A stretch of 56,025 bases of DNA, filler included, from Dugesia japonica (GCA_001938525.1; 6 parts of 6 records of this genome joined end to end with filler, not necessarily neighbours in it); one strand, 5' to 3'; shown: positions 26,728 through 39,625, counted from the whole stretch's first letter. Made by a program: numbers and translations. The notes: a model not told the origin generated them from the sequence alone.

Positions 26728-26928
26728 TAACCATTGATCGCATTTGAGATTTCATTAAAATAAAGCAAAAGCTTCGATCAAAATAAAATGTATTTGTAAA
26801 AGGTTCAGATTTTCGACAATAGTCTTCTGCAGGAACATATCTCAAGATGTTCCTGAAGAAGACTATTTTCGAAAATTTGAACTTTTTTTACTAATACATT
26901 TTATTTTGATCGAAGCTTTTTCTTTATT
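26728..26928. ncRNA. Head-to-head palindrome of two hammerhead-bearing repeat copies (cores 26803-26836 minus, 26849-26882 plus)
   Basis: About 80-bp inverted arms (26759-26838 and 26847-26928) around an 8-nt spacer. Each arm reads GTTC-CTGNAGA-A-GACTATT(G/T)TC-GAAA-AT(C/T)T-GAAC. Confidence 0.7.
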
Positions 26929-27255
26929 GTATTAGTCTTTTTAAAAAGTAAACTTTTAACAATTTACAAAAAGTCATTCATAAAAATATTTTAATATCTC
27001 AATTTTTCTTTTTGAAAGAAGAAAGAATTATTTTTTCTTGTCTGTTAAAAAAACTATAGCAATGCNGAGATAAGCGGAACTTCAAAGCCTGCGTCACATG
27101 CGGGCGCCATATAGTCAATCTGATTATTGCATTATTTACATAAGTAATAAAATAAAACATTTAAAACTTAAACAGAGAAACTCTTTGAAATTAATTTTCA
27201 GTTGTAAACAATAAATAATATATTAATGTTAAAACTAATAGCTATTATTATACAT

Positions 27256-27565
27256 CAGTGTTGTCCAAATATTTTTGAGCCACGGCACATTTGTCTGAAT
27301 TAAAAATTTTCACGGCACACTAATTTTTTGCTTCAATTGCAATTTCTTATTGCACTTTTATTAAAGGTTTAAATAAGAAATAAAAATTTAATTACTTAAA
27401 ATAAATTTAGAATAAAAGTTTACATTTGGAAAACTTAAGTGAATATATCCCTTATTCAATTTCCTTTAACTAAGTTGTCAAAAAAACAGGATATTTTTTA
27501 CTATATTTGAAAAGTTTCGCGGCACACCTTGGCACTTGCAACGGCACATGGTTTGGACAATACTG
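27256..27565. mobile_element. Non-autonomous hAT (Buster-like) MITE, 310 bp
   Basis: TIRs CAGTGTTGTCCAAA and TTTGGACAATACTG, a perfect 8-bp TSD TTATACAT (nnnTAnnn) on both sides, and CGGCACA subterminal repeats. Confidence 0.92.
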
Positions 27566-28997
27566 TTATACATAATGAAAACCTTTGATTAAGTAACAAA
27601 ATTTCCAAAGATAATGGGGCGCGTAGGCAGAGCATCAAAGTGGGCAAAGAAGATCATCATGCCAGTTTTGATAAATAGCATTATACTACTCTTAGTCGTG
27701 TTAATCTGATTCGTTATTAAATACAAAAAAATCAGATTTATACAATTTTTCATACTATTTTTTCATTTGCCCGTATTTTATTTTAAATGTTTGTAAACAT
27801 CATAAACTTAATTTTTTATAAATAAAAAAAGAATTTCTTTAATATCTTTTAAATGAATCCAAAATGAAATGCTTAAAGAAAATTTCTTAGTTTCTACTTC
27901 ATATGAGGCAAAAAATTCATATTTTCCGAGAACCTCAAAATGTAAAAATAAAATTCTTCGCGCTAATATATAATGATTTTGTCGTCAATGGTTTTGTGTC
28001 AAATATAATTACTTTTAAAGTAAATGGTTCACATAGAATTCTTGTATAAAAATCTGTATTTAAATTTTGTAATTACAGTAGTTAAATGGTTGATAAATTT
28101 GTTTAAAGTTTTTGCAAAATAATATATATTGCCAAAATCAACAATTTATCTAAATTCTTTGCTAATAATGTATCTATTTATTTAAATTTAATTATTCTTA
28201 ATTATTCTTTCAAAGAATTANNNNNNNNNNNNNNNNNNNNNNNNNNNNNNNNNNNNNNNNNTTTTTATTTCAATAAATTAATAGCTATTGATTTAATGAA
28301 ATCTCAAATACGATCAATGCTTAAGTTCAACAATTATTCTCGCGATAATTGTAATTGTTAAAATTGGTATATTTATTTTCATTTTTTTAAAACTCCATTA
28401 CAGTTTTATTTCAATAATAATCATATATTACTTATTTTTTATATTTATAGAAATAATTAAATATTTCAAATTTTTGGTGAAAATTTTGTTAACTTAAAAA
28501 TTATTTTAATGAAGTAAGAAGTGTCACTACAATATTATAAGCAAATACTAATAAAAGAACATGATATTTCAAGATTTCTTAGGTTTTTTATTAATTATTT
28601 ATTTATTTTATCAATATAAATCTTTACCTAATAAATATAAAATAAAATAATTAAAATAATAAATAATTTTTTGTTTTGTATGAATCTAGAAATTATTCAA
28701 ATGCTAAAAATTGAAAAAGTAGATCTTTTTTAAAAATAATGAAAAAAAATTGTAATTTTGTAAAAAAAACCTTTTAAATCCGTCGTAAAATAATAATAAT
28801 TACAATATTGATAATAATAATNNNNNNNNNNNNNNNNNNNNNNNNNNNNNNNNNNNNNNNNNNNNNNNNNNNNNNNNNNNNNNNNNNNNNNNNNNNNNNN
28901 NNNNNNNNNNNNNNNNNNNNNNNNNNNNNNNNNNNNNNNNNNNNNNNNNNNNNNNNNNNNNNNNNNNNNNNNNNNNNNNNNNNNNNNNNNNNNNNNN

Positions 28998-29053
<56 letters not shown>

Positions 29054-29301
29054 TTAGTAATCTTAATAATAATATTATTTATATGCGAAATATGTATTAT
29101 AAATCTGTATGAAATAAATTAAAATTGTGAAAATCTTTTGCATTTTTTTTTATTAAGTTATTTGATTTCATCTTTTTTGTAAAGAAAATAAATTTTTAGA
29201 TNNNNNNNNNNNNNNNNNNNNNNNNNNNNNNNNNNNNNNNNNNNNTTAATTAATTAANNNNNNNNNNNNNNNNNNNNNNNNNNNNNNNNNNNNNNNNNNN
29301 N

Positions 29302-30301
29302 TTACCAAATAGATTATTACTAGGAAATTTCTTAACAAATAGATCATAATAGATTGAAAATTGATCTCATTGAGTAAATTATACAACTAAAATCATTGAA
29401 AACTGACTGAAAACTTTGAAAACTTTTAGTGGTGCCAAAATTATCAATCTAGAAAATTCTGGTCGAGAAAAATCTGGCAAATTCAAAGATCAAACTTAGA
29501 AAATCATGGCAAGGAAGGGAAAAAAGTTATAAGGGTTTGAAGATTGACCAATAGTTTCAAAGTCCAAAAATAACAGCCAATGAAAAGAAAGCATATTGGT
29601 GTCGAAAATTTATATTCACCAATAAAATAAACGGGGGTGTAAAAAAACCGGTATAAATACCGATGAAAATTTTACCAAAAACAGCACTTTTTAACCAGAC
29701 AAATATCGAGTTGACCGGAAAACATTCTATTTTCACAAAGGTAATTATTTTTCATTAATTCATGGTGTAACGATTTCCGACTCTAGAAGAAACAGTAATG
29801 GTGGACTCCTCAAATCGTTAATTTCAACTAAAGAATTCGCAATCCAAATGTTGCGCTTGCTCCAGATCGGGATCCAGGTTACGTTAGTTTGTTAATTATG
29901 TTAACTATTAAATTATTGTATATCAAGTGAAATTTAAATCATAATATATTTTTCACTTACAAATTCTTTTGTTTTTCGGAATTTTTAAATAGCTATTAAG
30001 ATTATAATCAATTATAGGGTAGCCGAAAATTATTAGCGGATAATTGTGAAAGCAAATTTTGATTAGAAAATTAAGCGAGTATCATGTAAACGAACCCGAA
30101 CTAAAGGAATGCAAGTCTGTACTCGAGCTACGAGTCAACGGCTTCATTCCGATAAGATCTGGATTTTTTGGGGACACCAGATTCAAATTCACCGCGGGGC
30201 TTTACCAGGTCAATTACCCTAGACTTAATTTAATATAAAGTTTGACCCCCCCTAGATTTAATCAAATAAGGAATAAACTTATCTAGTCTAAAACTCCAAC
30301 A
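29302..30301 (+). mobile_element. 3' portion of a long LTR
   Basis: Aligns by eye with 36090-36560 (CCAATAAAAT...GGGTGT...GGTATAAATACCG; ATCCAA.TG.TG.GCTTGCT) and ends in CTCCAACA. Confidence 0.7.
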
Positions 30302-30899
30302 ATAGTAAATCAGATGATATTTTTGAGGTGGTTGAATTTTCTCGCTTTTTTCTGATGATTATTTTCGAATTATGACTGCTCAAAACTGAATGTAAATTTA
30401 TATGAAAATATCAATATTTTACGTCATATTATTATTGTATTAGTTATTCGTATTTCAGTATTGACAGATTTAAAATTTTGAACTAAATTAATGACTTTGA
30501 ATTACTAATTTCAATTACATTATGTAATTTTACGACATCTCGATTCTTAGTGTTCGGATTAAAGATTTAATTGCGTGAATAATTAATTATAATTCTTTAG
30601 AGTTTGTTCATACTTAACTCTTAATAAATAATTATTTCATCATGTATATAATAATTTCTAAAATAATCGTGCAATAATAATTTCAGTGACGAAATACCAG
30701 AAAGGGGTTAAAAAGTCATGGACGCATTGCTATTATCCCGGAATCCAGTTTTTCGTTGCCAGTAAAAATATTTGAAATAACTTAGTTAAAATAACAAAGT
30801 GGAATCCGTGGCCATGGCAATGGGTCATTTGTCTTTGAAATGAAGTCAACTTGAATTGAGATAAAAAATTAAGGTGACCAAGTCTACACTGCAAGTGAT

Positions 30900-31575
30900 A
30901 TAACATCAAGCAGTCATTTATGTTCTACGCAATCCAATTGGCTATCTTTTAAACCCATGTAACTTCCTTCTTAGTTGAGCTATGATTTTCTAGCTTGAAT
31001 TTTTGAAATTTATGGCGTTTTGTTTACCATAATTTTGTTATACGCTGCATTTTTCTTAGTGGGCAGTCTTCGTTTTTCTTCTATTTTCGTTTTCTTGTAA
31101 ATGTAATAAATTTTTATAAATCATTTTAATTATCATGTTTTTTTATTTAATAAATTAATTGTTTATTTTTATTTACTTCTCAATTAATTTATTAATTAGA
31201 CTGCCATCTTTTATTTCTAAACAGAAATTTAATTTAATTTAGGCGTTTCTTTTCATAAATAATTCATTTAATTTATTTCTTACATCCTTAATTATTAATT
31301 TAATTCAATGTTCTTTATTCTTCTTAATAAATTATTTGATCCATTTATTAGTTGCCGTTTTCTTTGTTTTCTCAGTCTGCTGGTGTCTTCTGTCATTTTC
31401 TTTCTTCTTTGATTTCCTCATTTCCAAATTGTTTCCTTTTTGTTTCAAGATTATACTGGTTATTGCTTATGTTTTAATTCACTATTCTTGATTATCCTTC
31501 AATTATTATTTTCGTTAACAAATNTTCGACTTCCTATTTTCTGATATCCTCTTCTTTGATTTCGTAGTTGCAACA
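30900..31575 (-). mobile_element. Inverted 5' portion of a related LTR
   Basis: Reverse complement begins TGTTGCAAC at 31575 and matches 35560-36180 (for example AAAATCATAGC). Confidence 0.6.
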
Positions 31576-31579
31576 CCGG

Positions 31580-31660
31580 GGACATTCTAAGAACTCACGA
31601 CGAAGGATTTAGGTATAAAAAAGAGAATATCTGTGTATTTAGACGATATTTTACTTTTTT
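31580..31660 (+). mobile_element. Small gypsy RT fragment
   Basis: ELTTKDLGIKKRISVYLDDILLF contains the YLDD motif. Confidence 0.6.
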
Positions 31661-33559
31661 AATTGGTACTGTATATTTACTACACCGTGCCATCACTATA
31701 AGGCTATTTGACTAATTACAGTTTTTACACTTCAAATGGAAGGATTTACATTTCAAATTGAATATTTTTTGATCAAATATTTTTATATATTGGTTGAAAA
31801 AAAGAAATATGACATAAATCATCAGTGAGTAAATTTGTACATTTTATGTTGTTAAGACCATCAAGCTGACGAACATGTAGCATGCACCATTGTGCGCATA
31901 CGAAAATCCCGGTTTTTAAAGGAAATTTGCATTAGTAATTAGTAAGTTAACCACTTGGTTAACATATTTGTTGTAATTCAATATTGTTTAATTATATGTA
32001 TTCATTGGTTCATAAATTCATAACAAACTTCTGACCAGATCAAGATCAGTTAATTTATTGAAGCATATTGTAGGGAAAACTAATATGCACACCAGTAACA
32101 GCACCAATATGAAAATGAACGTGATTAACGAACAGCTAATTAATCTGCGTCAATATCCACTCTCCATTCAGGATCCGAAACTGGGTTGGTCATAGTTGAA
32201 ATATCTCGGAGATCAGATCCAGATCATTTTCAATTTCAATATCAAATCCGGATATAAAGTATGGCACAAAAGTTGTCGTAATGTGCTAACTACCTTTCGT
32301 GCTTGATAATTTTGAATTGGATATGCGTAAATAGCTGACATTAATATTTCAGTATAAATTATAGAGAATTTCATATTGAATAATAAAAATTGAATTTTTC
32401 AATTATGATTGTTTACATTATTTCTATTTTACTGGCGAAGGAAAAACAAAATTTCTAATGGTTTAGAAGAAATGAATTTCATAATAGGATAATTAATTAT
32501 TCACCATTATTGTCCGAATCGTTTATTTTTTACCGAGGAATTCCATTATATCATAAAATTATTAGTGGCGCTTATTTTAAGTAACTATTGAATTTAAGAC
32601 AGACGTGAATCTTTAAACTCGTCAATTTGCTCCCAACAATTTGTCCAAGGATTTCAGCATCGTTTTTCCAAGAAAGTTATTTATTTCACTCTAATCTTCA
32701 CAAATTTTCTTACTACACAGTTTTCATTATAATCGAAATTTAATCTTCTTTTTGTTAGAATATTCTTAATTAATTTTAATTAGTGACTCACTAATTTTTT
32801 ATTTTTTCTATTATTTATTTTAATTTCATATTTTATTTATTGGTTAACTAGGTTTAATTCTTTAATTTATGATCTCCATTTTGTATTTTATGCTCTCAAC
32901 TATTTATGTTCTACTTTATTTCAGTCTTGATTATTATATTATAATAATAATATCCTAAATTTATTTTCCATAAATCAGATGTTTTTAGGGATTCCGGGGC
33001 TCCCTAATTCCTTATCAAGTGAGCTTAATCTCCAAAAATTTAATGGAATTAGTTAAAAGACAAGTACCGAAATATTGATGTTTCATCATATTTTTTATTA
33101 AATAAAATTTAATGTAATCGGGCTAATTAAAATCTTGGTGCTTATAGTGGTGCAGGATAATGTTTAAATCCAGAGTTAAAGGTCGCTCTAAAACAGGCTT
33201 GAACAAACTGCAGCTTGCGAACTATATTCATATTTCATAAAGAAAAAATTTTTGAAATACCATTCTAGTTCGTGAGCAGTACCAAAACTATTATAAAATT
33301 ATTATAATTTATTAAAATTTAATTTAATAATTAAATTATTCGTTGACTTTTGAATTATTTCATCATTGAAATTGCTTTTTCATAATAATAAATGTAGATA
33401 TAAACATGGTAGAACTCCGCAAAGAATTAGTCTGGTGAAATGTCAAGGATATTAGAAAGACTCCCATTTTTCTATAAGTAGAAAAAATCATAACTGATTG
33501 TTAATATAAAATCAATAATTTTCATTGTAGCAGCCCTAAATGCTCCGATTGCAACACCT

Positions 33560-33670
33560 TTGCTCAACAGGCTCAAGACTTTAGGAATGAAGCGCATGAT
33601 TCGCCTCTAGCAACGAGTATATGCTCACATTTCTTTGGTTCGGGTTCTTTTCTCTGTGATACTCGCTTTT
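33560..33670 (-). mobile_element. Inverted fragment of the same LTR family
   Basis: Reverse complement AAGCGAGTATCA...GAACCCGAAC.AAAG...TACTCG..GCTA...GCTTCATTCC matches 30070-30150. Confidence 0.7.
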
Positions 33671-33757
33671 ACATCTTGAAACATTAGTAAAATTGAGACA
33701 ATATTAATAATAAATATCCAGTTTAATAAGACGAAGTAACAAATATTTAAATTATAG

Positions 33758-34300
33758 TCATTCAGACTCATCATCATCTAGATCTTCTAAATCATTTTCA
33801 TCCAAATATTTCAATTTAATTGGCATTGGTACTTTTGCAGCGGTTTCAATAACGTAACGAACCTTTTCAAAAATGATTGGCTTTGGCGGTTTCAATCCAT
33901 AGTACTTATAGACAGCAGAATAATATTCATATGAAGTATCCTTTCCCGAAGCTATACCTTTAATTATTTTAATAATTGTTGAAATATTTAAAATAAATAT
34001 CTTTGTGAAACTGATAATAGCATCTACTATTTTCCCTAAAAGTAAACATCCAAACACAAAGAATATTCCTGTTGACATTATAAAAACTCTATGCTTGTCG
34101 ATTTTTTCTGAAACTAATCGAATAGTATCTTTACTAAAATCAACAATTTCGTTGTTTGTTCTCCCCATCAGGTCAAAATCAAAACTCTTATAATATTCTT
34201 CTACAGTATAAACAGGATCAATCAAATTTGGTGGAGTTAAAGTATCTTGAACATCATATTTTTTCACTCCTCGAAACATAGATAAAATTAAAGATGCCAT
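33758..34300 (-). CDS. Intronless orphan ORF, 180 aa, putative membrane protein with an acidic C-terminus
   Basis: ATG-initiated, stop-free 543 nt in very AT-rich DNA. Central hydrophobic stretch VFIMSTGIFFVFGCLLLGKIVDAIISFTKIFILNISTIIKII, tail DENDLEDLDDDESE, and ATTAAA about 30 nt after the stop. No family recognised. Confidence 0.7.
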   Translation of the reverse strand: MASLILSMFRGVKKYDVQDTLTPPNLIDPVYTVEEYYKSFDFDLMGRTNNEIVDFSKDTIRLVSEKIDKHRVFIMSTGIFFVFGCLLLGKIVDAIISFTKIFILNISTIIKIIKGIASGKDTSYEYYSAVYKYYGLKPPKPIIFEKVRYVIETAAKVPMPIKLKYLDENDLEDLDDDESE

Positions 34301-35508
34301 CAGAAATTTTTACTTCAATATAAATTCAAGTATTTAATTTTAATAAATTAGTTAATTAAAAATATCAATAAATTAAATTTTAAAGTTTTAAATTTTCTTT
34401 TTTGAATACAATGTTTCCAATTTATGCCGAAGAGAAAAATTTTATTCTCATGTTGAAAAAGGTTAAAAAAAATGTTTCGGTAACCTAATAAATCTTAATG
34501 GGAATGAATACATTATTTTTTAAAGTTAAAAAAATTAAAAAAATTTTACTTCGAAAAAAATTCAGTTGTTTTACCGGATTTATTGTTGAGGACTAAACGG
34601 TATTGAATATTTTTAGCCGAAATAAAACTAAATGATTTTTATTTTGAGAATCACTGAATTACGCCAAGCTGATAGGTGAATTTTAATTTTTGAAATATTT
34701 ATCAAATGAAAATTTCAATTTTATCACAGTTCGATTTAGAATTTACTTTAGTCATGTAATTATTTGAATATTTTAAATCAACAAATCTTGCTTTTGAATA
34801 CATTTAATACAATAATTTTTGGTAATGCTTAAAAGGTAATATTAAAAAATGAAAAATTTAATTTTTAAATTTTTTTAAAATATTTAAAAAAATGTTTGCA
34901 GAAATTTAAAATTTAAGATGAATTATTATTATAAGGAAAATTAAAAAATAATTAAAAAAATTCAACCAACAGAAATTGTTGAAATTAAGTTAAATAAATT
35001 TTTAGTTTAAATTTCATAAACAATTATAATATTTCTTAGAGTTGTTATGATTTTGAAATAAAATGTCTGAAATTAATTGTTCTGATTTTGAAGATATCAA
35101 TTGAAGAATTACCTAACAATTATTATTATAATCAAACAGTATTATCAAATATTAATTAAAGAGCCATTTGGTTAATTTTTCATCTCATCTTTTTNNNNNT
35201 AAGACGTGGATAAAACCTCGACAATATGTACTAAAAATAAAAAATTATTCAGTAATTATAATTGCATTAGGTAAATAGTGAATCATATAATCTCTAAAAA
35301 CGATTATTTTACAAAATATTACTTGTAAAAATCCATTTCTCAAATAATAAATACAAATCATCATGCGCTAATGTTTTTTAAACGTCGCGATACTAGATCT
35401 AATGTCCTAAATTATCATGAAATCATCAATGAAATTACAAAAGATTTATTGACTTGTTTAAGTTAATCAAATTAATGATTAATAAAATGCCTAGTACTAT
35501 TATAGAAT

Positions 35509-36600
35509 TGTTGGAGTGAAACATCTGGTTAAAAAAATAGCGATAGATAAACCCGAAATTTGAAAGAAGATCACGAGAAAAGAAAACGAAGAATTCAGAC
35601 AGAGGAAGGACAGAGTTCAGTTAAAAGAAAGAAATAATTGAAGATAAAACCAGATTAGGGAGCTAAAACTTACGATATAACCAACAAAATCTAGAATTAC
35701 AGCAAGAAACAACTCAGAAATAAGAAAGCCGAAGAAGAAAAGAAGTAATAAAAGCTAGGAAAGAGAAAATAATAAATAACGGCCAAGCAATTAGTTTAAT
35801 GAGGCAAAAATAGTGAAATCATATTGAATTAATAATTGAAGAAAGAGAAAATAAATTAAATGAATTAATTAACGAAAGAAAACGACGTAAAAATCAATTT
35901 TAGATCAGAAACTAAAAAGGAACATCTAATTAGTAATCAACAAGAAAATAAAATAAATTTATTTAAATCATACAAATTAAAATGATTTATTTTCAAAAAG
36001 AAAATTAAATTTATACGAAAATATAAAAAAATGAAGACTTCCCATTGCGATAAAATTAGCAATTAAAAAAGTAGTAGTCGAGAAAAAATCGGAAATTTCG
36101 AAAATCTAAATTAAAAAATCATAGCAGGACTAAGAAAGAAGATACAGGAGTTTTAAGACTGACCAATGGTACTGCAACAATTTTGGAATTACAAAATTTT
36201 GACCAATAAAATGAACGAGGGTGTATAAGAAAACTGGTATAAATACCGCTGAAATTCTCAGCAAAAATACACATAAAAATTCCTGAAACCTAACTGGGAA
36301 TAAAAAATCTCGGATACTACTAAATGGTAATTATTTTAGTAATTTGGTTTTGTGCAACGGTTTTCAGCTTGAATCAAATATGGAAGAATATGGAGGACCC
36401 CTTGAGTCATTAGTAGCTACCGAGGATATGCCTATCCAAGTGCTGTGCTTGCTATGAAACGGGATACAAACCACGTTAGTTATATTGATTGTCGTAATTG
36501 ATAAGCGAAAGTTTTAGTAATTATAATATATTTTTCACTTGATAAATTCTTTTGCTTTAATAATAATAAATTTAACCATAAACTCTCAAAAGAAATTTAA
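35509..36600 (+). mobile_element. 5' portion of a long LTR
   Basis: Starts TGTTGGAG (inverse of CTCCAACA at 30294-30301), with an A-rich U3-like tract and TATAAATA near 36238; homologous to 29302-30000. Confidence 0.7.
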
Positions 36601-38251
36601 TATTAACTGTTAAATCAAGGGTAGCAAATAAAATAACTGAGTTAAAACTCCTCCTAGCGAGATGATTAGATTGTTACATATCGGTAATATTGATTCAGCA
36701 ACATAAGATAGTGATACCCCTTTTAAAAAAATAATTATTGAAGAAAGTAATAATGATAGTTCCACGTCATCTTCAACGGATGAATATAATAGAATTATTA
36801 CCACAATCTGGATTACGAAAAGAATTGCAAAATGCAATAAGTTTCATTACAGAAAAACGTAAAGTTAATACTAATGTTAATGAAACAAATAATAAATATA
36901 ATGAACTGAAAAAAGAATTTTGACAATTGGATTTATTCAAAAAGCGGTTGGAAACGCTGGGTTATCTTATATAACGCATTGATTACTATGATGGGTTTTT
37001 TTTAGTTTGATAATTAATTTATTTTGATCCGACTCCAAGATAGTATTCGAGAATAAATAAGACCCAACAATATATATGTTTATTCTAGCAATCACAAATC
37101 ACAAAACAAGTTTTTAATAATAATCCCAACGATTAAGAATACACAAATATGATGATAAGATAATTGATTAGTCTGAGTTGAGTCAATGGGCTTGATTTGA
37201 TGAGTAATGATTGAATAGAGCTCTAGCTTCTACTATTTCGACAATTCCAATTTGATTCCTTTGATTTCCTTTAATTCTTTAAATTATTTCAATAAACTTT
37301 GTCTCCTTGGCTTCTTTAATTTATCTTTGACTTCCCTCTTAACAATTTTTATAATTCTTTAAATTCTCTTAAATTCTACTAAGTTCTCTTATTGCTCTCA
37401 GGAACTGACACATCCCGACTTGCCACGTATTAATTTTACGCCAATAATTTTAGACCATTTTGCGTTATTAATTATTACTTTAACGATATCAATATAATAG
37501 TTAAAATTTTAAATTATATTTCAAGAAATATATAACTACTTTAAATTAATTATTCTAGTTTAATTCAATAAATAAAAAAAATTCCTTCTCATAAAAAAAA
37601 ACAATATTATATAGATCTATGAAATCAAAACGTAACAGCATAATTTTATAAACGGAAATTAATATTTTCAAGTAAATTCAATTATGACAGGAAATTTATA
37701 TGTAGACAAAGGTCTGATGATTTTATGTAAGAATTTAGGATTGATATGTTTATATTTGCATGTGATTGTGGATTTTCTCGCTATTTCTAAAACACTTACA
37801 AGTTTCAGAAAATTATTAATTTTTAACCTCAAAGTTCCTGATACTCATTGAATACACCAANCACAATATTATCACTTGTATTTCAGTAATAGAAAGTTCA
37901 ACCACCACACATCAATGCTTAAGGTATCATTAGCCCTCATCTCTTTACCATATATTACTTTATTTCGTTCATTGGCTCATTACACAAAACGTGAACCCAT
38001 ATTCATCTCTTTATTATCTTAAACATCAGCATCTTTAACCGTAAACGTTTAAATCGTTATTAATTACGTTTTAATTACGTTTTAATTAATCACGTTTTAA
38101 TCGTTATCATCACATCTCTTTTATCATAATCATCTTATCAATTCTACTTACNNNNNNNNNNNNNNNNNNNNNNNNNNNNNNNNNNNNNNNNNNNNTTAAT
38201 TAATTAANNNNNNNNNNNNNNNNNNNNNNNNNNNNNNNNNNNNNNNNNNNN

Positions 38252-38550
38252 GGAAGGAGAAGAGTTTCAGAAGGAGAGTTACAGAGGAAATGGAGTTTCA
38301 GAGGAAAGAAAATTTTAGAGGAAGGCGAAGAGTTTCAGAGGAAGAAGAAGAGTTTCAGAGGAAGAAGAGTTACAGATGAAATGGAGTTTCGGAGGAAAGA
38401 AAATTTTAGAGGAAGGCGAAGAGTTTCAGAAGAAGGAGAGTTTCCGAGGAAGAAGAGTTTCAGAATAAGGAGAAGAGTTTATGAGGAAGAAGAGTTTCAC
38501 AGGAAGGAAAAGAGTTTAACAGGTAAGAAAAGTTATAGAAGAAGGAGATC
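38252..38550. repeat. Purine-rich degenerate tandem repeat (GAAGAGTTTCAGAG), probably part of an inverted LTR
   Basis: More than 12 imperfect units; a minus-strand TATATAAAGG lies near 38588-38597. Confidence 0.75.
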
Positions 38551-39250
38551 TATTATCCAATTGATTTTCGATTACGACTTTTATGCGCCTTTATATATCG
38601 GTCAGAATGAAAGGAATTTTAACTTGGATAATGATCTATTATCCCACGGGTTTGAGTATTTACATGCAGCTAGAGGACATCGGTCTATTTGCACGTTGCG
38701 CTACGATCACAGCATTACGGCCTAAACAGTAGGTTATATAGACTGTGGCTTAAATGGCAAGGACATGCTTGTNNNNNNNNNNNNNNNNNNNNNNNNNNNN
38801 NNNNNNNNNNNNNNNNNNNNNNNNNNNNNNNNNNNNNNNNNNNNNNNNNNNNNACAAACAAAATAGCAAAGATATTGGTTGTATAAGCCTCAAATTATTT
38901 ATTATATGGATCGTACAGAGTTAATTACCGAATTCTATTATTTGGCGACAGAAACAAGTTGAGGATAACCGTATTGCCATGATTTACAATTTTCTATTGG
39001 GTCTTTAGGAGGTGAGTGTCACGGATTGTATGCTGCAGTTAAACTTGATAGAAACTACCGAAACTTGGGTTAGATTAGCAACTTATGAGAATGATTACTA
39101 TTTTATATGATTTCAATTATTTTTTCTTTTAAATTTGAACGTTAAGTTTGATAATTATTCATAAATACATAAGTAACATAAAAAATTAAACATTTTATAA
39201 ACTGAATGATATAAATATCGAAATGTAAATTAAAACGAAAAAAATCTTAC

Positions 39251-39625
39251 TGACGCAAGGCATAGCTACTGTCATGTCAATATTAATTCTCAAATTGCTA
39301 TATTAATTTTCTAAAATTTTAATTGGAAATAAATTAGTAACCTGTCATGATTCTTGTCTATTTCAAATGTAAATTTATTAGGAGAATTAACGTAATTCCA
39401 CATTTCTAACACAATCATTATAATTATCAACCCAAATGAAATAAATGACACTGATGTTAGATTAAAGAAATAATATTTATAAGATAATAAACTACTAGTT
39501 GCGCCGGATAATCTTTTTTCCTGATACTCAGGAGGCAATTTAGTAAACAAATCTAACTTTTCAAACTTTGAAGGCAATGATTTCTCAGTATTTTCAACTG
39601 ATGTATTTCTTCGACGAAGTTCCAT
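39251..39625 (-). CDS. ERGIC2: ER-Golgi intermediate compartment protein 2 (Erv41 family), exons 1-3 only (39625-39496, 39450-39342, 39297-39251)
   Basis: Removing 45- and 44-nt GT-AG introns gives ...FEKLDLFTKLPPEYQEKRLSGATMSFISFGLIIIMIVLEMWNY...FTFEIDKNHDSNLRINIDMTVAMPCV|GTAAG. This parallels human LDAFPKVPESYVETSASGGTVS...YEVDKDFSSKLRINIDITVAMKC. Confidence 0.88.

Noticed and set aside
38381-38725. 114-aa Arg/Glu-rich ORF
   Set aside because: It is a translation of the GAAGAGTTTCAGAG tandem repeat.
20083-39250. The 20.1-20.9-kb exons as downstream ERGIC2 exons, with the 33.8-kb ORF nested in an ERGIC2 intron
   Set aside because: No ERGIC2 motifs (GADVLD, CRIHG, GNFH, NFSHRI) were found, and two linkers intervene.
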